Origin: Somniosus microcephalus
Taxonomy: Eukaryota
Length of the DNA: 64,000 nucleotides
Direction of reading: 5' to 3'
Assembly: GCA_052327205.1 (NCBI GenBank)
Contig: CM126208.1
Location: forward strand, 82,460,001 to 82,524,000
This document shows, one piece after another, positions 51,665-62,878 of the stretch. Below the pieces are notes generated by a model. The model was given only the letters and a program-made list of their open reading frames with translations, did not search any database and had not been told where the DNA came from. Every line of letters begins with the position of its first letter. The first letter of the stretch is position 1. The position numbers and the translations under genes are program-made.

Positions 51665-53215
51665 TTGTTATTTGGATGTTGGTGACCCTGGCAAGGCAGC
51701 ATTTATTGCTCATCCATAATTACCCTTGCAATCCTTGTGGTGATGTGCTCCCACAATGGTGTTATATAGGTAATTCCAGGGTATTGACCTCGCAATGAAG
51801 AAGAAATGGTGGTATATGTTCAAGTCAGGCTTATATGTGACTTGGAAGCGATGTTCCCTGGCATTACTGCTCTTACTCTACTTGGTGGTAGAGCTCACGA
51901 GGCTGGATGCTGCTGTTAGAGTAAGCTTGGTGAGTTGCTGCATCCAAAGTGTGTTGGTGGTGGAGGGAGTGGGTATTGAGTTCAATGGCAAGGTTGTTGA
52001 TCAAGTGGCTAACTCTGTCCCAAATGATGTTGAAGTTTTTGAATATTGTTGTGGCTGCACCCATCCAGGTGAGTGGTGAGTATTCCGTCACACTCCTGAA
52101 TTGAGCCTTGTAGATGGTGGATAGGCTTTGAGGTGTCAGAAGATGATCCATTCATCAGCATATCCAATCATTACTCTGCTGTTTTAGGCAGGGTGTTAAT
52201 TTGGCTGGGCAGTCCAGTTATGGTTCTAGTCAATGATGAGCCCGAGGATGTTGGTGGGAGCAACTTGATGATGGTACTGTTGAAGATCAGTGAGGTGGTT
52301 GGGCCATTTCTTGTTGGTTATCATTGCCAGGCACTTGCGTAGTGCCAGTGTTACTTGCCACATGTCAGCTCAAGTCTAGGTGTTGTCCATGCCCTGCCAT
52401 AGGCTTACAAGGGCTGCTTCATTATCTGAGGGGTTGTGGATGGAGCTGAACACCAGAATCATCAGCAAACGGCCATACTCTTGACCTTATGACAAAGGAA
52501 AAGTCATTGATGAAGCAGCTGAAGATAATTGAGCCAAGAGCACTGCCCTGAGGAACTCTAGCAGTAATATTCTAGGGCTACGGTGATTACCGTGACCATC
52601 TTCCTGTGTGTCAGGTATGACTCCAGCTATGGAGGGTGTTTCTCTGACCTCTCCTTGCATTTAGCTCTTGTGCCCATGCCTGTATAAAAGCTACGATGAG
52701 GTCTGGTACCCAATTGTTCTAGTGGAACCCAAGTTAAACATTAAACATGATGGCCTAGAAATTTGTCTTGGGCAGTGGCGCAAAACGGACAGTATCGGAT
52801 CGGTCGCCCGATATAGCAGCACCTGATACTCTGTTCCATTGCAGTCACTGGTACTGAATGTTGGGCGCTGCGTATAACGGGCAGGCCCGAGACAAATTTC
52901 TAGGCTGATGTGTCTAGGAATGTTGATGGGAGGAGCCTGGGATGTTGGCTAATAGAAATAACTCTGAGTGCGACTATGCCAGTCTGTTGCAGGACTAATT
53001 TTTGAGACAGTTCTTGCAATCTGGGCACCAATCATCAGTTGTTGTTGAGAATTTTGCAGGGTCACCTGGGCTGGGATTACTTGACTAATCCAAGGTCTGG
53101 TTGCTGCCAATAGGACAATCCAATATTTCTCTCATTGTTCTGTTTAATATTGGTTGTTTTAGAACTGTGGCTTGTTAGGCCACCTCAGAGAGCATTAAGA
53201 GTCAACCACAATTTG
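51665..53215 (-). mobile_element. Degraded non-LTR retrotransposon (RT C-terminal region)
   Basis: Minus ORF LLTPQSLSTIYKAQFRSVTEYSPLTW; decayed VPQGS.LG and FADD-like regions around 52455-52560. Confidence 0.6.
52753..52905. mobile_element. Palindromic MITE, same family as 710-894
   Basis: GCCTAGAAATTTGTCTTGGGC / GCCCGAGACAAATTTCTAGGC inverted ends. Confidence 0.75.
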
Positions 53216-53917
53216 TCAGACTCTTGCCTCCCCATATATTACATATATATTATAATATATATACTTGTTTTGTGCTTTTTTTTGTTTGTCTAGGACTAAC
53301 AAGTCATTACTGAAATCAGTATTGACTTGTTAGTTCTAGACGGGAATCATTTATAAAAAAAAATCTAAGTGGATCTTTAATTTATTGCAAACTACCAAGG
53401 ATCACACTATCTTCCTTTTGCATGGTAAATCTTTGATTTTGTGTATTTCAAATAAACTTGTACAGAGCTAGTTAGCTCCATAACAATGGACTGATCAGCA
53501 TTGAAATGTATGATACTTGTGCCTCCTGTTTGCTAATCAGATTGGTGCAGCATACAGCTTCCTACCAGTGCCGTCGCCATGACAACCACCTTGGTTGTTC
53601 CAGGTCTGGTAGCACACTTGCTTTCGTGCTGCATATTACTACTGGGACAACACTGTGTCTTTTCATGTGCATATGGCTGCAGAGCTCCAGTGTGGAATTG
53701 CAGCCAAATGCAATCTATGCTTTACCACATGATGCTACAGCAGTGGTGGGCAAAATACAGCCTGTGGGCCATATCTGGTCCACCAAGTCATTCTATCCAG
53801 CCCACTGGACGGGACAGAAATAGAACGCGAGCCGGAGCTCGAGCTGCACATTAGTCACTTTCACTTCTCGTGGGTCAGAGACGGACCCGAACTGTAGCCA
53901 GGAAACGCCCCGTAATA

Positions 53918-54250
53918 CAGGAAACTTTTTTTATCCGGCACCGACGGGACCAACGTGGTGCCGGTTCATCAAAAATTCCGGATAACCGAGAGCTATAGTA
54001 AAAGATAGAGAGAGCTGAGAGCTCCGTATAAAGCAACAAACCCTGTTGCTTAGCAACAGGTGCAGAACAATGGCCACAAGTTCCAAGTGTCTCTGTAGCT
54101 TGGCAACAGCTGCAGCCACACCCAATTGCACAGCAACAGATCGAGGAAGGCAAGTAATATGAAGTAAAACTTACCTGAACCTACTCCTGAATTTTGCCGG
54201 TTAACCGAGATTTCCGGTTATTTAGGTGCCGGTAAATCGAAAGTTTCCTG
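53918..54250 (+). mobile_element. Tc1/mariner-type MITE, copy 3 (diverged relative of 26621)
   Basis: TA|CAGGAAACTT...AAGTTTCCTG|TA; shares GGCACCGACGGGAC and CTGTTGCTTAGCAACAG. Confidence 0.8.
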
Positions 54251-54395
54251 TAATTCAATTTATCAATTCGCAAAAGTGATTCTCCCCAGCCTGATCTTCA
54301 AAGGATAATGTTCCGCTTCTGGGCCCCAATGGCAGATGCCCACACCCTGAATGCACTGCACACTCGAACATACCCTATCATTTTAGAGTCGAGTC

Positions 54396-54536
54396 ATGGC
54401 TGCTCATCTCCATCTCTCCTTTACCAAAGAGACTGGCACTGCATCTTTCCTCTCCCGGTACTCCGAGTATGATGGCAGGGGGGTTCTCATCGCCGTCTTA
54501 GATACTGGAGTGGATCCCGGAGCACAAGAACTCTAG
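54396..54536 (+). pseudogene. TPP2: Captured fragment of tripeptidyl-peptidase II exon 1 (46-aa ORF)
   Basis: [46 protein letters not shown] versus human TPP2 [37 protein letters not shown] (recalled); followed by gtaatg. Confidence 0.85.
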
Positions 54537-54788
54537 GTAATGGCACGCGATTATAGATACTGCGCATGCCTCACTGCTTATAGAGCAATGTGTTTAGTCT
54601 GCCACCAGTTTTGTGGTCAATATTGTTTCTGTCTTAATGGAGGGCTCTTCATTTCAACCTTGCTGTTGCAGGGGGACCATGATGTGGGCTTATTTCTGCT
54701 CACTGGGTCAGTGTTCATGCTAATTGGAACTTCTGTTGAGTCTGGACTGTGCTGAGGCTGATAAAGGGTTTTGCGCACTGAATCGCTT

Positions 54789-55572
54789 AGAATCATAGAA
54801 TGGTTACAGCACAGTAGGAGGCCATTCAGCCCTTCGAGCCCATGCCAACTCTATGCAAGAGCACTTCAACTAGTCCCACTCCCCCGCCCTTTCCCCATAG
54901 CCCTGCAATTTTTTTCCCCTTCAGGTACTTATCCAGTTCCCTTTTGAAAGCCATGATTGAGTCTGCCTCCATCACCCTTGCATTCCAAATCCTAACACTT
55001 GCTGCATAAAAAAGCTTTTCTTCATGTCGCCTTTGGTTCTTCTGCCAGTCACCTTAAATCTGTGTCCTCTGGTTTTCGACCCTTCCGCCAATAGGAACAG
55101 TTTCTATCTACTCTCTCTAGACCCCTCGTGATTTTGAACACCTCCATCAAATCTCCTCTCAAAGTTCTCTGCTTTAAAGAGAATAACCCCAGCTTCTCCA
55201 GTCTATTCACGTAACTGAAGTCCCTCATCCCTGGAACCACTCTTGTAAATCTTTTCTGCACCCTCTCTAAGGCCTTCACATCATTCTTAAAGTGTGGTGC
55301 CCAGAATTGGACACAATACTCCAGTTGAGGTTGGACCAGTGTTTTATAAAGGTTCATCGTAACTTCCTTGCTTTTGTTCGCTATGCCTCTATTTATGAAG
55401 CCCAGGACCCCATATGCTTTTTAACCACTTTCTCAGCCTGCCCTGCCACCTTCAACGATGTGTGTACATATACTCCCAGGTCTCTCTGTTCATGCACCCC
55501 CTTTAGAATTGTACCCTTTAGTTTATATTACCTCTCCTCATTCTTCCTACTGAAATGTTTCACTTCGCACTT
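54789..55572 (-). mobile_element. CR1 LINE 3' fragment
   Basis: Minus ORF NLYKTLVQPQLEYCVQFWAP..LEKLGLFSL; AGAATCATAGAA tail. Confidence 0.88.
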
Positions 55573-55752
55573 CGAGGATAGCCTCGTACAGAGGTAGCCT
55601 TGAAATCAGATAGCAAAATAAGGAACAATGGATACCTGCATGGGGTACTGGAAATAACATAGCAAACGGCCAGCTGCACAGTCAAATATGTAACCCCTGT
55701 ATGTTTTCAAAGACCGTGCAAATGTAGCTGGTTCATTTCAAATGCTCTTACT

Positions 55753-55963
55753 CAGGGGTGGCCAATTATTTGGGCTGGAGGGGCACTTAACAGTACTGCA
55801 CGCGCAGTATCTCTTCCAGCTGCAGGAGCTGGTGAGAGGCTTGTGCGGGACTTCGTGATTGGTGTGAGACCACGCACCTTTGGGGGAACATTGGTGTGCG
55901 GCCCTCAACAGCTCGCCAAAACTTGTTAAGTGGCCCTCCAGCCCAAATAATTGCCCACCCCTG
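55753..55963. mobile_element. 211-bp hAT MITE forming the right end of the composite element
   Basis: 40-bp inverted arms (CAGGGGTGGCCAATTATTTGGGCTGGAGGGGCACTTAACA), 38/40 matching; its own flanks (CTCTTACT / TGCTACAG) do not form a TSD. Confidence 0.8.
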
Positions 55964-56172
55964 TGCTACAGCAATCCATGCTGACTAGCATCCCATCACT
56001 ATGAAAAGCCTGTGCAAAAACGCAGCTTCCAAGGGCAGCAAATAACTCATTGTGTTGTCAGGCCACTTTTGTTATTTGCTTATTCATTCATCTGTAAGGT
56101 CAGTGGGGTCTAGCAGTTCTCCCTATGTGGCTGCGCTGACTGATATTGTTTTGTGTGTCATTCTTCTTGCAG

Positions 56173-56354
56173 GCCAACCTGCCCCTGCTGCAGAGGGAGC
56201 TACTTCACTGCGCGCGCTTGGCCAAGCAGAACCCGGCACAGTACCTCGCACAGCATGAGCAGCTGCTGCTGGATGCCAGCACCACCTCACCCGTCGACTC
56301 CTCCGAGCTGCTGCTTGATGTTAATGAAAATGGGAAAAGGCGAACTCCAGACAG
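56173..56354 (+). CDS. RUNX1T1: RUNX1T1 exon 5 (end of NHR1; NLS region)
   Basis: ttgcag|GCC...AG|gtgaga; [60 protein letters not shown]; 182 nt. Confidence 0.97.
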
Positions 56355-56993
56355 GTGAGACAAATGGCAGCAATTTATCAACAGAATGGTTTCTTTTAGA
56401 GCCGAAATGTATCTGCGCAGATGCATCATGGGGGCAAAAAAGCATGCGAATGAATGCTGACTTGTGCTTTTTCTTCCTTAAATTGCAACAGCTTGTTGTC
56501 AACTGTGGAAATTAATTCTGAGTCAGGAAGCTCTTTTTTCTTTCTTCTTTGTTGAGTTAATTAATGAACCCATGGTACTGTGTTTAATCCTATCTCTAAT
56601 CTTTTTATGATGGCAAGAGATGAGTAACTAGGAAAATGCTGGTTTAAGGGAAACAACTGACAGTTTTGCTGCTTCTCTTCCTGCATATGGTCAGCTATGG
56701 ATGAGTAGCTACAGCGAGGCTCTGAGTCCATTAAAATAGCTCATTAAAAAGATCAATCTGTTTCTGTTTCTGCACTATCCTAGGAATGCATCAGTCATTG
56801 TACCTAACAAAATTTGACATTGGTATATAAGAGTAAATATGGTATCTACTTGAATTAGAATTTGGCAATATTGGAGTTAGGAGAGCCCCATGCTAATAAA
56901 GGAATGCTTTGTAAGCTTCTTCTTTTAGTACTACATTATAGTAGCTAGACCTTCGTCTTGAATTTATCTTTGATCATCTTGCCTATTTTGCAG

Positions 56994-57244
56994 AACCAAA
57001 GAGAATGGCTACGATCGTGAGCCTTTGCACTCAGAGCATCCCAGCAAGCGGCCCTGCACTATAAGCCCCAGCCAACGGTTTAGTCCAAATAATGGGTTAT
57101 CCTACCAGCCCAACGGCCTGCCTCACCCAACACCACCCCCACCTCAGCACTACCGTCTGGATGATATGGCCATGGCTCACCTCTACAGGGATTCATACAG
57201 ACATCCCAACCACAGGGACCTCAGGGACAGGAATAGACCTCTCG
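56994..57244 (+). CDS. RUNX1T1: RUNX1T1 exon 6
   Basis: ttgcag|AACC...CTCG|gtgagt; [44 protein letters not shown]; 251 nt. Confidence 0.96.
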
Positions 57245-57614
57245 GTGAGTATCAGTTGTGGGTCTTTGTCACTGCATGCAAAAACTTATAAAATAACCGT
57301 TCCATTTTCTTGATTTATTGTCAGCTGAACTGCCAAAGGCACGATAATGTATTAGATATCTAAAAGGATGAGTCGTGTTGAGATGATATATGTTTATTAT
57401 TACTAGTGAACATTGCAAGTGCAATGGGCCAAGGCTTGCCTATAGACATTTGTGGTAAACTGGTGTGTTTGCTGAAGGATGGATGTGTCACTTTTATGTC
57501 AGTGATGAGAATTGCAGGGATGGTGGTGAGTTACTTGATGGATAATATAAAAAAATGGCATGTTTTCCAGCAGAATAGCTTTGGAAGTCTGAAATTATTT
57601 TCCACTGTTGGCAG

Positions 57615-57700
57615 GGATGCATGGCACCCGTCAAGAAGAAGTGATTGATCATAGACTAACGGATAGGGAATGGGCAGAGGAGTGGAAGCACCTTGATCAT
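57615..57700 (+). CDS. RUNX1T1: RUNX1T1 exon 7 (start of NHR2)
   Basis: ggcag|GG...CAT|gtaaga; [28 protein letters not shown]; 86 nt; not in the ORF track. Confidence 0.96.
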
Positions 57701-58146
57701 GTAAGAAAATAAATCAATTTACTGAAAAGCTAACCTGAAGGGAAACAACTGCAATTTTATATTTACACTAACATATTTTGTGTGTTTGTTCTTTAAAGTC
57801 TGAATGATTAATAATGTAATTTAGTGCTATTTATGCTTTAGAGCTGAATACTGGAAATTTGCGTCCTGTGTAAATGCTAACATTATGTAAATACGCAATA
57901 TATTAGATTTTTAAAAATTAATTTTTCATTTTCTGATTACTAAAGGATGCATCTCTATCATAATTGCACTTTAAAAGTATTTAAATCTATTAAAGCTTGA
58001 CTGAATTTTAGCTTCCAAGTTTGGAACAGTAATGGTATGATTAACATTTAGTAACTGTTTATGTTGTTCTGATGTAACTTTATTATATGTAGAAGTATGT
58101 GATCAGTTTTAGTGGCTCACTGATGTACCTTGATGTGTTGTTTCAG

Positions 58147-58345
58147 CTTTTAAACTGTATCATGGACATGGTAGAGAAGACGAGGCGGTCACTAACGGTC
58201 CTTCGGCGCTGTCAGGAAGCTGACCGCGAGGAGCTTAATTACTGGATTAGGCGATACAGTGATGCGGAGGATATTAAAAAAGGTAGCGGCAGCAGCAGCC
58301 ATTCCAGACAACAGAGTCCTGTGAATACAGATCCTGCCCAACTAG
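58147..58345 (+). CDS. RUNX1T1: RUNX1T1 exon 8 (NHR2)
   Basis: tttcag|CTT...CTAG|gtaaca; [42 protein letters not shown]..; 199 nt. Confidence 0.96.
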
Positions 58346-59027
58346 GTAACAGTCATTAGGTACCATAACCTACTCTTTAATGTGGTGCAGTAAAGCTTAT
58401 AATGCTACCGTTACACTGTAAATCTGGTACTGACTTCACATCAATATAAATTTAGCACTAACACTTCTAAACCCATAACCGGTACACCTAAACTGCCTCA
58501 TCCATCTAAGTGGGTGATCTGACACTATAGTTGCTTTGTGCTGGTTCCAGAAAACAGCTGAAGCTGTCACTGGACTTCAGAAATCCAACCTCTTGCTCCA
58601 CCAGCCCCCCCCCCCCCCCACATACCCCTAGGCTGATCGACATGTGTCAGTTGAACGATTAAAGCGTTTGCAGTCAGATGAAGCAGCCATACACACTGGG
58701 TCCTCCAGTTCCCTCTGAACCTGACGACAGATGAACATGATCAGTGCTGGTCAGGGAAACAGAAAAATGCAGGAAGCTATTGCTATGAGTTAGTGTAACT
58801 ATGCGGGCATGAGTGAATCAGTGCCGTTGAATGTGCCTCATTCTTACAGGTGCCCTGAGATATGACAATGGAATGAAATAGTTTATTGGTTGCCATGCTC
58901 CACTCTCTCATTTGCCCTGGGAAGTTCCCAACACTGCACACAGTGTTGAAGGGAGTCATCTACTGAAAAAACATTTATGAAGTTACCCAGAAATGGCATT
59001 GTTCACAGTACTTTTTTTCTTTTCTAG

Positions 59028-59093
59028 ATTCCCATCGGGAGTTCCTTCACAGGCCACCTGGCCATCTGCCGGAGGAAATATGGAAAAAAGCTG
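59028..59093 (+). CDS. RUNX1T1: RUNX1T1 exon 9 (last coding exon in the window)
   Basis: ttctag|ATTCC...GCTG|gtaaat; DSHREFLHRPPGHLPEEIWKKA (human DAHREFLHRPASGYVPEEIWKKA); 66 nt. Confidence 0.93.
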
Positions 59094-59959
59094 GTAAATG
59101 CTATTATGGGAAGGAGGGCGGGGGCAGAGGGTGTGTGTGTGTATATATGTATGTATGTGTGTATCTCAATAAATGTTACAGTATGGTGAATTATCATTAA
59201 TCTCCACATTAAATAAAAATCACCTGGGACATTGCCTCTTTAAGGAAAGCCATGGCTTGAGTGATCATAAGAGGCAGTTATAATTCCTCTTTTTTAATTT
59301 AAAAAAAAAATGGGAGATTGCCTGTTTTTCTCATCGGTGCCTTGGTAGCAAAATTATGGGAACTTGTGGTTCTGAAACCTGATTTCTGAAAATTCAGTTT
59401 CATGAACGGTTATTGATCAAGGAGTAAAATGAGCATTTTGTTTTGTATCCCACATCTTCCCCACATTGCACTGTACAAATGACTTTACTTTGGGCCATGT
59501 CTTCAGTTTGTTTTCTCATCAGCAGCAGTTAATGCCTTTGATATCTGCCACACTGGCAAGAAGTTTGAATCACTGTTTTATCAACTAACTAGTATGAACA
59601 GTCTTAAACACAAACCTGGGCACTGGGCTCAAAGAGGAAGTTTTGTCAGTTTGTTTGAGCTGCTTGAGTTTAATTAGTAATTTTAGTCTGGAAAGTGTGC
59701 TTTCTTTTTATCAGCACCATCTTCAATTGCAATCTATTAAAACTGGACTGATCCTAGTTCACTACTCTGTGACGGCCAACTCCTAGCATTAAAACTTGCC
59801 AAAGATGCTGTCCAGCAATTGACTCCAATGATACCTGCCTCTGTGATTGTCCATTGGTCACAGAACTATCCCCAAATGTGCAGCCTGTTTCTAATTTGGC
59901 AATAGTGACCAACTCACCTGCTGGAAGGTAATCATTGGCACCCAGGATGTTAAAGATTG

Positions 59960-60728
59960 TGGCCCAGAAATTCGGGTCCCAACGCGTGAGTACGCACGGG
60001 GTACTCACGCGTGGACCCAATGGAAGTGCCGGTTTCTTGCATGCACTGCGCATGCGCGGGAAACCGGCACTTCCGTTCCTCTGAACGAAGGGGTTCAGAG
60101 GTCGAATGCGTGCACGCAGGAGTCTGCGCGTGCGCATCGAACTTACGTTTTTTTTACAGGTTTTGCCGTGAGGGCAAGTCTTTAGATTTTAGAAATGTAA
60201 AAACCAGGCGTAAGGCCTGCATTTTAAAAGGTAAGTGGTCAATTAATTAAAATTAAAACATTTTTTCTACAGGTTTATTATTTTTAAATACTTTAAAGCA
60301 AGGTAAGTTTATTTTTAGCCCTGTTTTTTTATAAAATGATTTTTTTCAAAAATTTAAATTATTGTTTAAAATAGTTATTTAATGTAATTTATAGTTTATT
60401 TAAAAAGTGTGATGATTTTTTAAAATTTATTTGAAGGTTTACTACTATTTTTTGGGGCCGGAGTATTCATAAGTTTAGACAGGTCTTCCTGTCAATCTTA
60501 TGAATGGGCTTTTCCCTCCTCCGATTGGCTGCCCATGGCTCACGTGATCCCAGGGGATGCATCGCACTAACTACGCCCCTGGGACACGCAAGCACAGCGC
60601 GCCAGCAACTGGGCCAGGCCCCGGAGTGGAATTCCATGGGAGCCCAGAGCTCAACTGCCGGCGCGCAAGGTAAGTGCAGGTCAGGGGCTTGCACCCGCGG
60701 GAAGCCCCTGACCCAAATTTCTGGGCCC
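59960..60728. mobile_element. About 770-bp non-autonomous TIR element (Harbinger-like ends), CpG-rich palindromic arms, AT-rich core
   Basis: GGCCCAGAAATTCGGGTC / GACCCAAATTTCTGGGCC inverted ends. Confidence 0.75.
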
Positions 60729-62683
60729 GTGCAGAGAGACCTTAGCCTAAAGGTGGTCTATCGCTAGGTGCCATAGGAAATCGATTATTAATAGGGAGCC
60801 TTTGGAAAACATCTTTAACGAAGCACTGGCCAAGTCCCATCCTGTTTCAGCTCGTTGGGCAGGGGAGAGGTTGAGTGGCAGTGTCTCCACATTCCATGCA
60901 ACTTAATTCATCGTTGGTCACAGATTGGCCCTTCCCTTTGAGTTCATTCAATAGTCTGGTATACACAAAACGTGACTCCAATAAACTTCCACGAGGGACA
61001 GCTACCCTATTATTATGTGTATTTCCTTCTGCAATTCTGTGGAGTATTTTTCTTGACTGTCTTAAGGGTGCATGGCTAGGACCCTAATGAGCAAGGAGGA
61101 GCAGAACATGCTATTTGCTAGAGCCTTTAAAAGGATATCACCCAGAGAGGAAAACTTATTACATTGTGGTGCCCCAAAATATGGGAGACTGTCTGCTAAT
61201 CCTGTATCTCTGTGTCCTGGAGAAAAGGATCATTTGGATGGCTTGGTTGTCGGATGAACTTACTGCTGGTGGCCCAAGCAATGCATACTAACACACCCGA
61301 ATAAAGGAAATCCACAGCTTGGGTTCAACATTGGCAGAGTTCATCAGCCATACAGATGATTACTATTAAGCCTAACATTGATCCAAGGTTATTACCAAGC
61401 GTCTGTCTCATGGCAGTAGCCTCCCTGAAACAGTAGTGGTTTCACATTTACATCTATCTGGTTTCTTATGGCAGGCTTATCAAAGATGGTCGCTGTAACA
61501 ATTCAACAGCCTCTGACACTGCTGGAGTGACTGGAATTTATAATTACTGGATCTAATGCCCACTTCGCCTCGACATAGGCCATGCTCTCAATAAATGCTC
61601 AGTTTCACATGAGTGAGGGCAGCAGCCGCATTCTGCCAGATAGGTTTGTCACCATACACCCTAAATGCTTCTAAATCTAGGCAAAGTATAGAATATGGGC
61701 GCTGGGCTGCAAGCGGGTCCTGAATCTGACAGGAGCTGCCATCTTTGTGATTCTGCATGCAAAGCTTTTTATGCAGCACCTTCAGCAGAGCCTCCTTGCA
61801 CAGTGGTAGGTGCTTTCTCCCATCTGTCCTGGGACACTACAGTAGAAAGAATGTCCAATACCTGCCAGTGATAATCGTACAGCTAACAGTTACTACAAGT
61901 TCTACAGCTTTGTTTTACTGTCATGAGCTTTTGTGGCCAATGCCAGCCTGTCACAGGATGGGGTTTCACTTTAAATTACAGGAGGTTTTGGGACCCCTCT
62001 GCTATTTATTGCCTGGTACATAACAACCTTGGCTCTGGGCTGTGTAGTTGGCCCAAGGATAGTTCAGGAATACAGTCTACAGCAGGACATGGAGAGTGTA
62101 GACTGACAACATGCCTGTTGAAATAGTTGACAGTTAAGATGGAATACACTTCTGCACCTCTTCACTGATTCTGTGCAGATATGGTATTGGTGCAGCGTGA
62201 GCTCCATTTCATTGCGTGAATTGACCCCTTTCATTGTAGTGGTCAATTTATTTATTGTCAAATAGGGTTATCTGAAACTCCCTCACAGCCTGTCCTTCAT
62301 TTCTCACTGTGTTCTTCTGTGGCTTGAAGCTACTTCCATTTTTTTTTTGTTTGAATGTTCTTAAGCACAAGGGTCTTAATGCTGCTGCTTTCAGACAAAG
62401 AACTGAGGGTGTGGCCTCTAGCAGGATCTGTCATACAGTGGAGCAGGGGAAGATCATGTGATTGCCTCTTTATGAAAAGCAATGTCCCAGATGATCTTTA
62501 TCCATGTCGCAAAGGTGTACATTTTATTCATATTTTATGTAGAGCTGAACTCGAAAGAGTGAAATAAACCCTTGCAAAGGTGGGTAGGTAATTATAATTT
62601 CTCATCTTATTAGATTAAGAAACATAATATGTCATAAATTGCATATTTTAATTTATTGCACAATAGTCTACGTCTACTTTTCT

Positions 62684-62878
62684 CTGGCTCATTGAGTATT
62701 GTCACCATCTGGCGTGATACTGAGCCATTCGAGATCAGGAAGGTCCCAGGTTCAATTGTTGGTCTCTGCTAGGTCAGCTGATCACTATTTTGAACAGCTT
62801 ACCAACACTTGCAAGTGAAGAATGTCCATTTTGGATTAGGTACAAGAGGGCTACCAGTGCCTGTATGAATTACTGCAT
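62684..62878 (+). mobile_element. Internally deleted LF-SINE-like element
   Basis: TGGCTCA..ACTGAGCCAT..CAGGAAGGTCCCAGGTTCAA..CAGCTGATC, then GAAGAATGTCCA..AGGTAC. Confidence 0.55.

Larger units (their letters stand above)
53741..55963. mobile_element. Composite hAT-type (Pack-TIR-like) element with captured host DNA
   Basis: Ends CAGTGGTGGGCAA / TTGCCCACCCCTG, flanked by identical TGCTACAG at 53733-53740 and 55964-55971; 8-bp TSDs are the hAT hallmark. Confidence 0.75.

Noticed and set aside
54396-54536. Functional TPP2 gene or processed pseudogene
   Set aside because: No further TPP2 exons seen, stop at the exon end, no poly(A) and no exon-2 sequence.
28622-59093. Paralog assignment to CBFA2T2 or CBFA2T3
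   Set aside because: Variable regions ([22 protein letters not shown]; [10 protein letters not shown]; HREFLHRP) match RUNX1T1.
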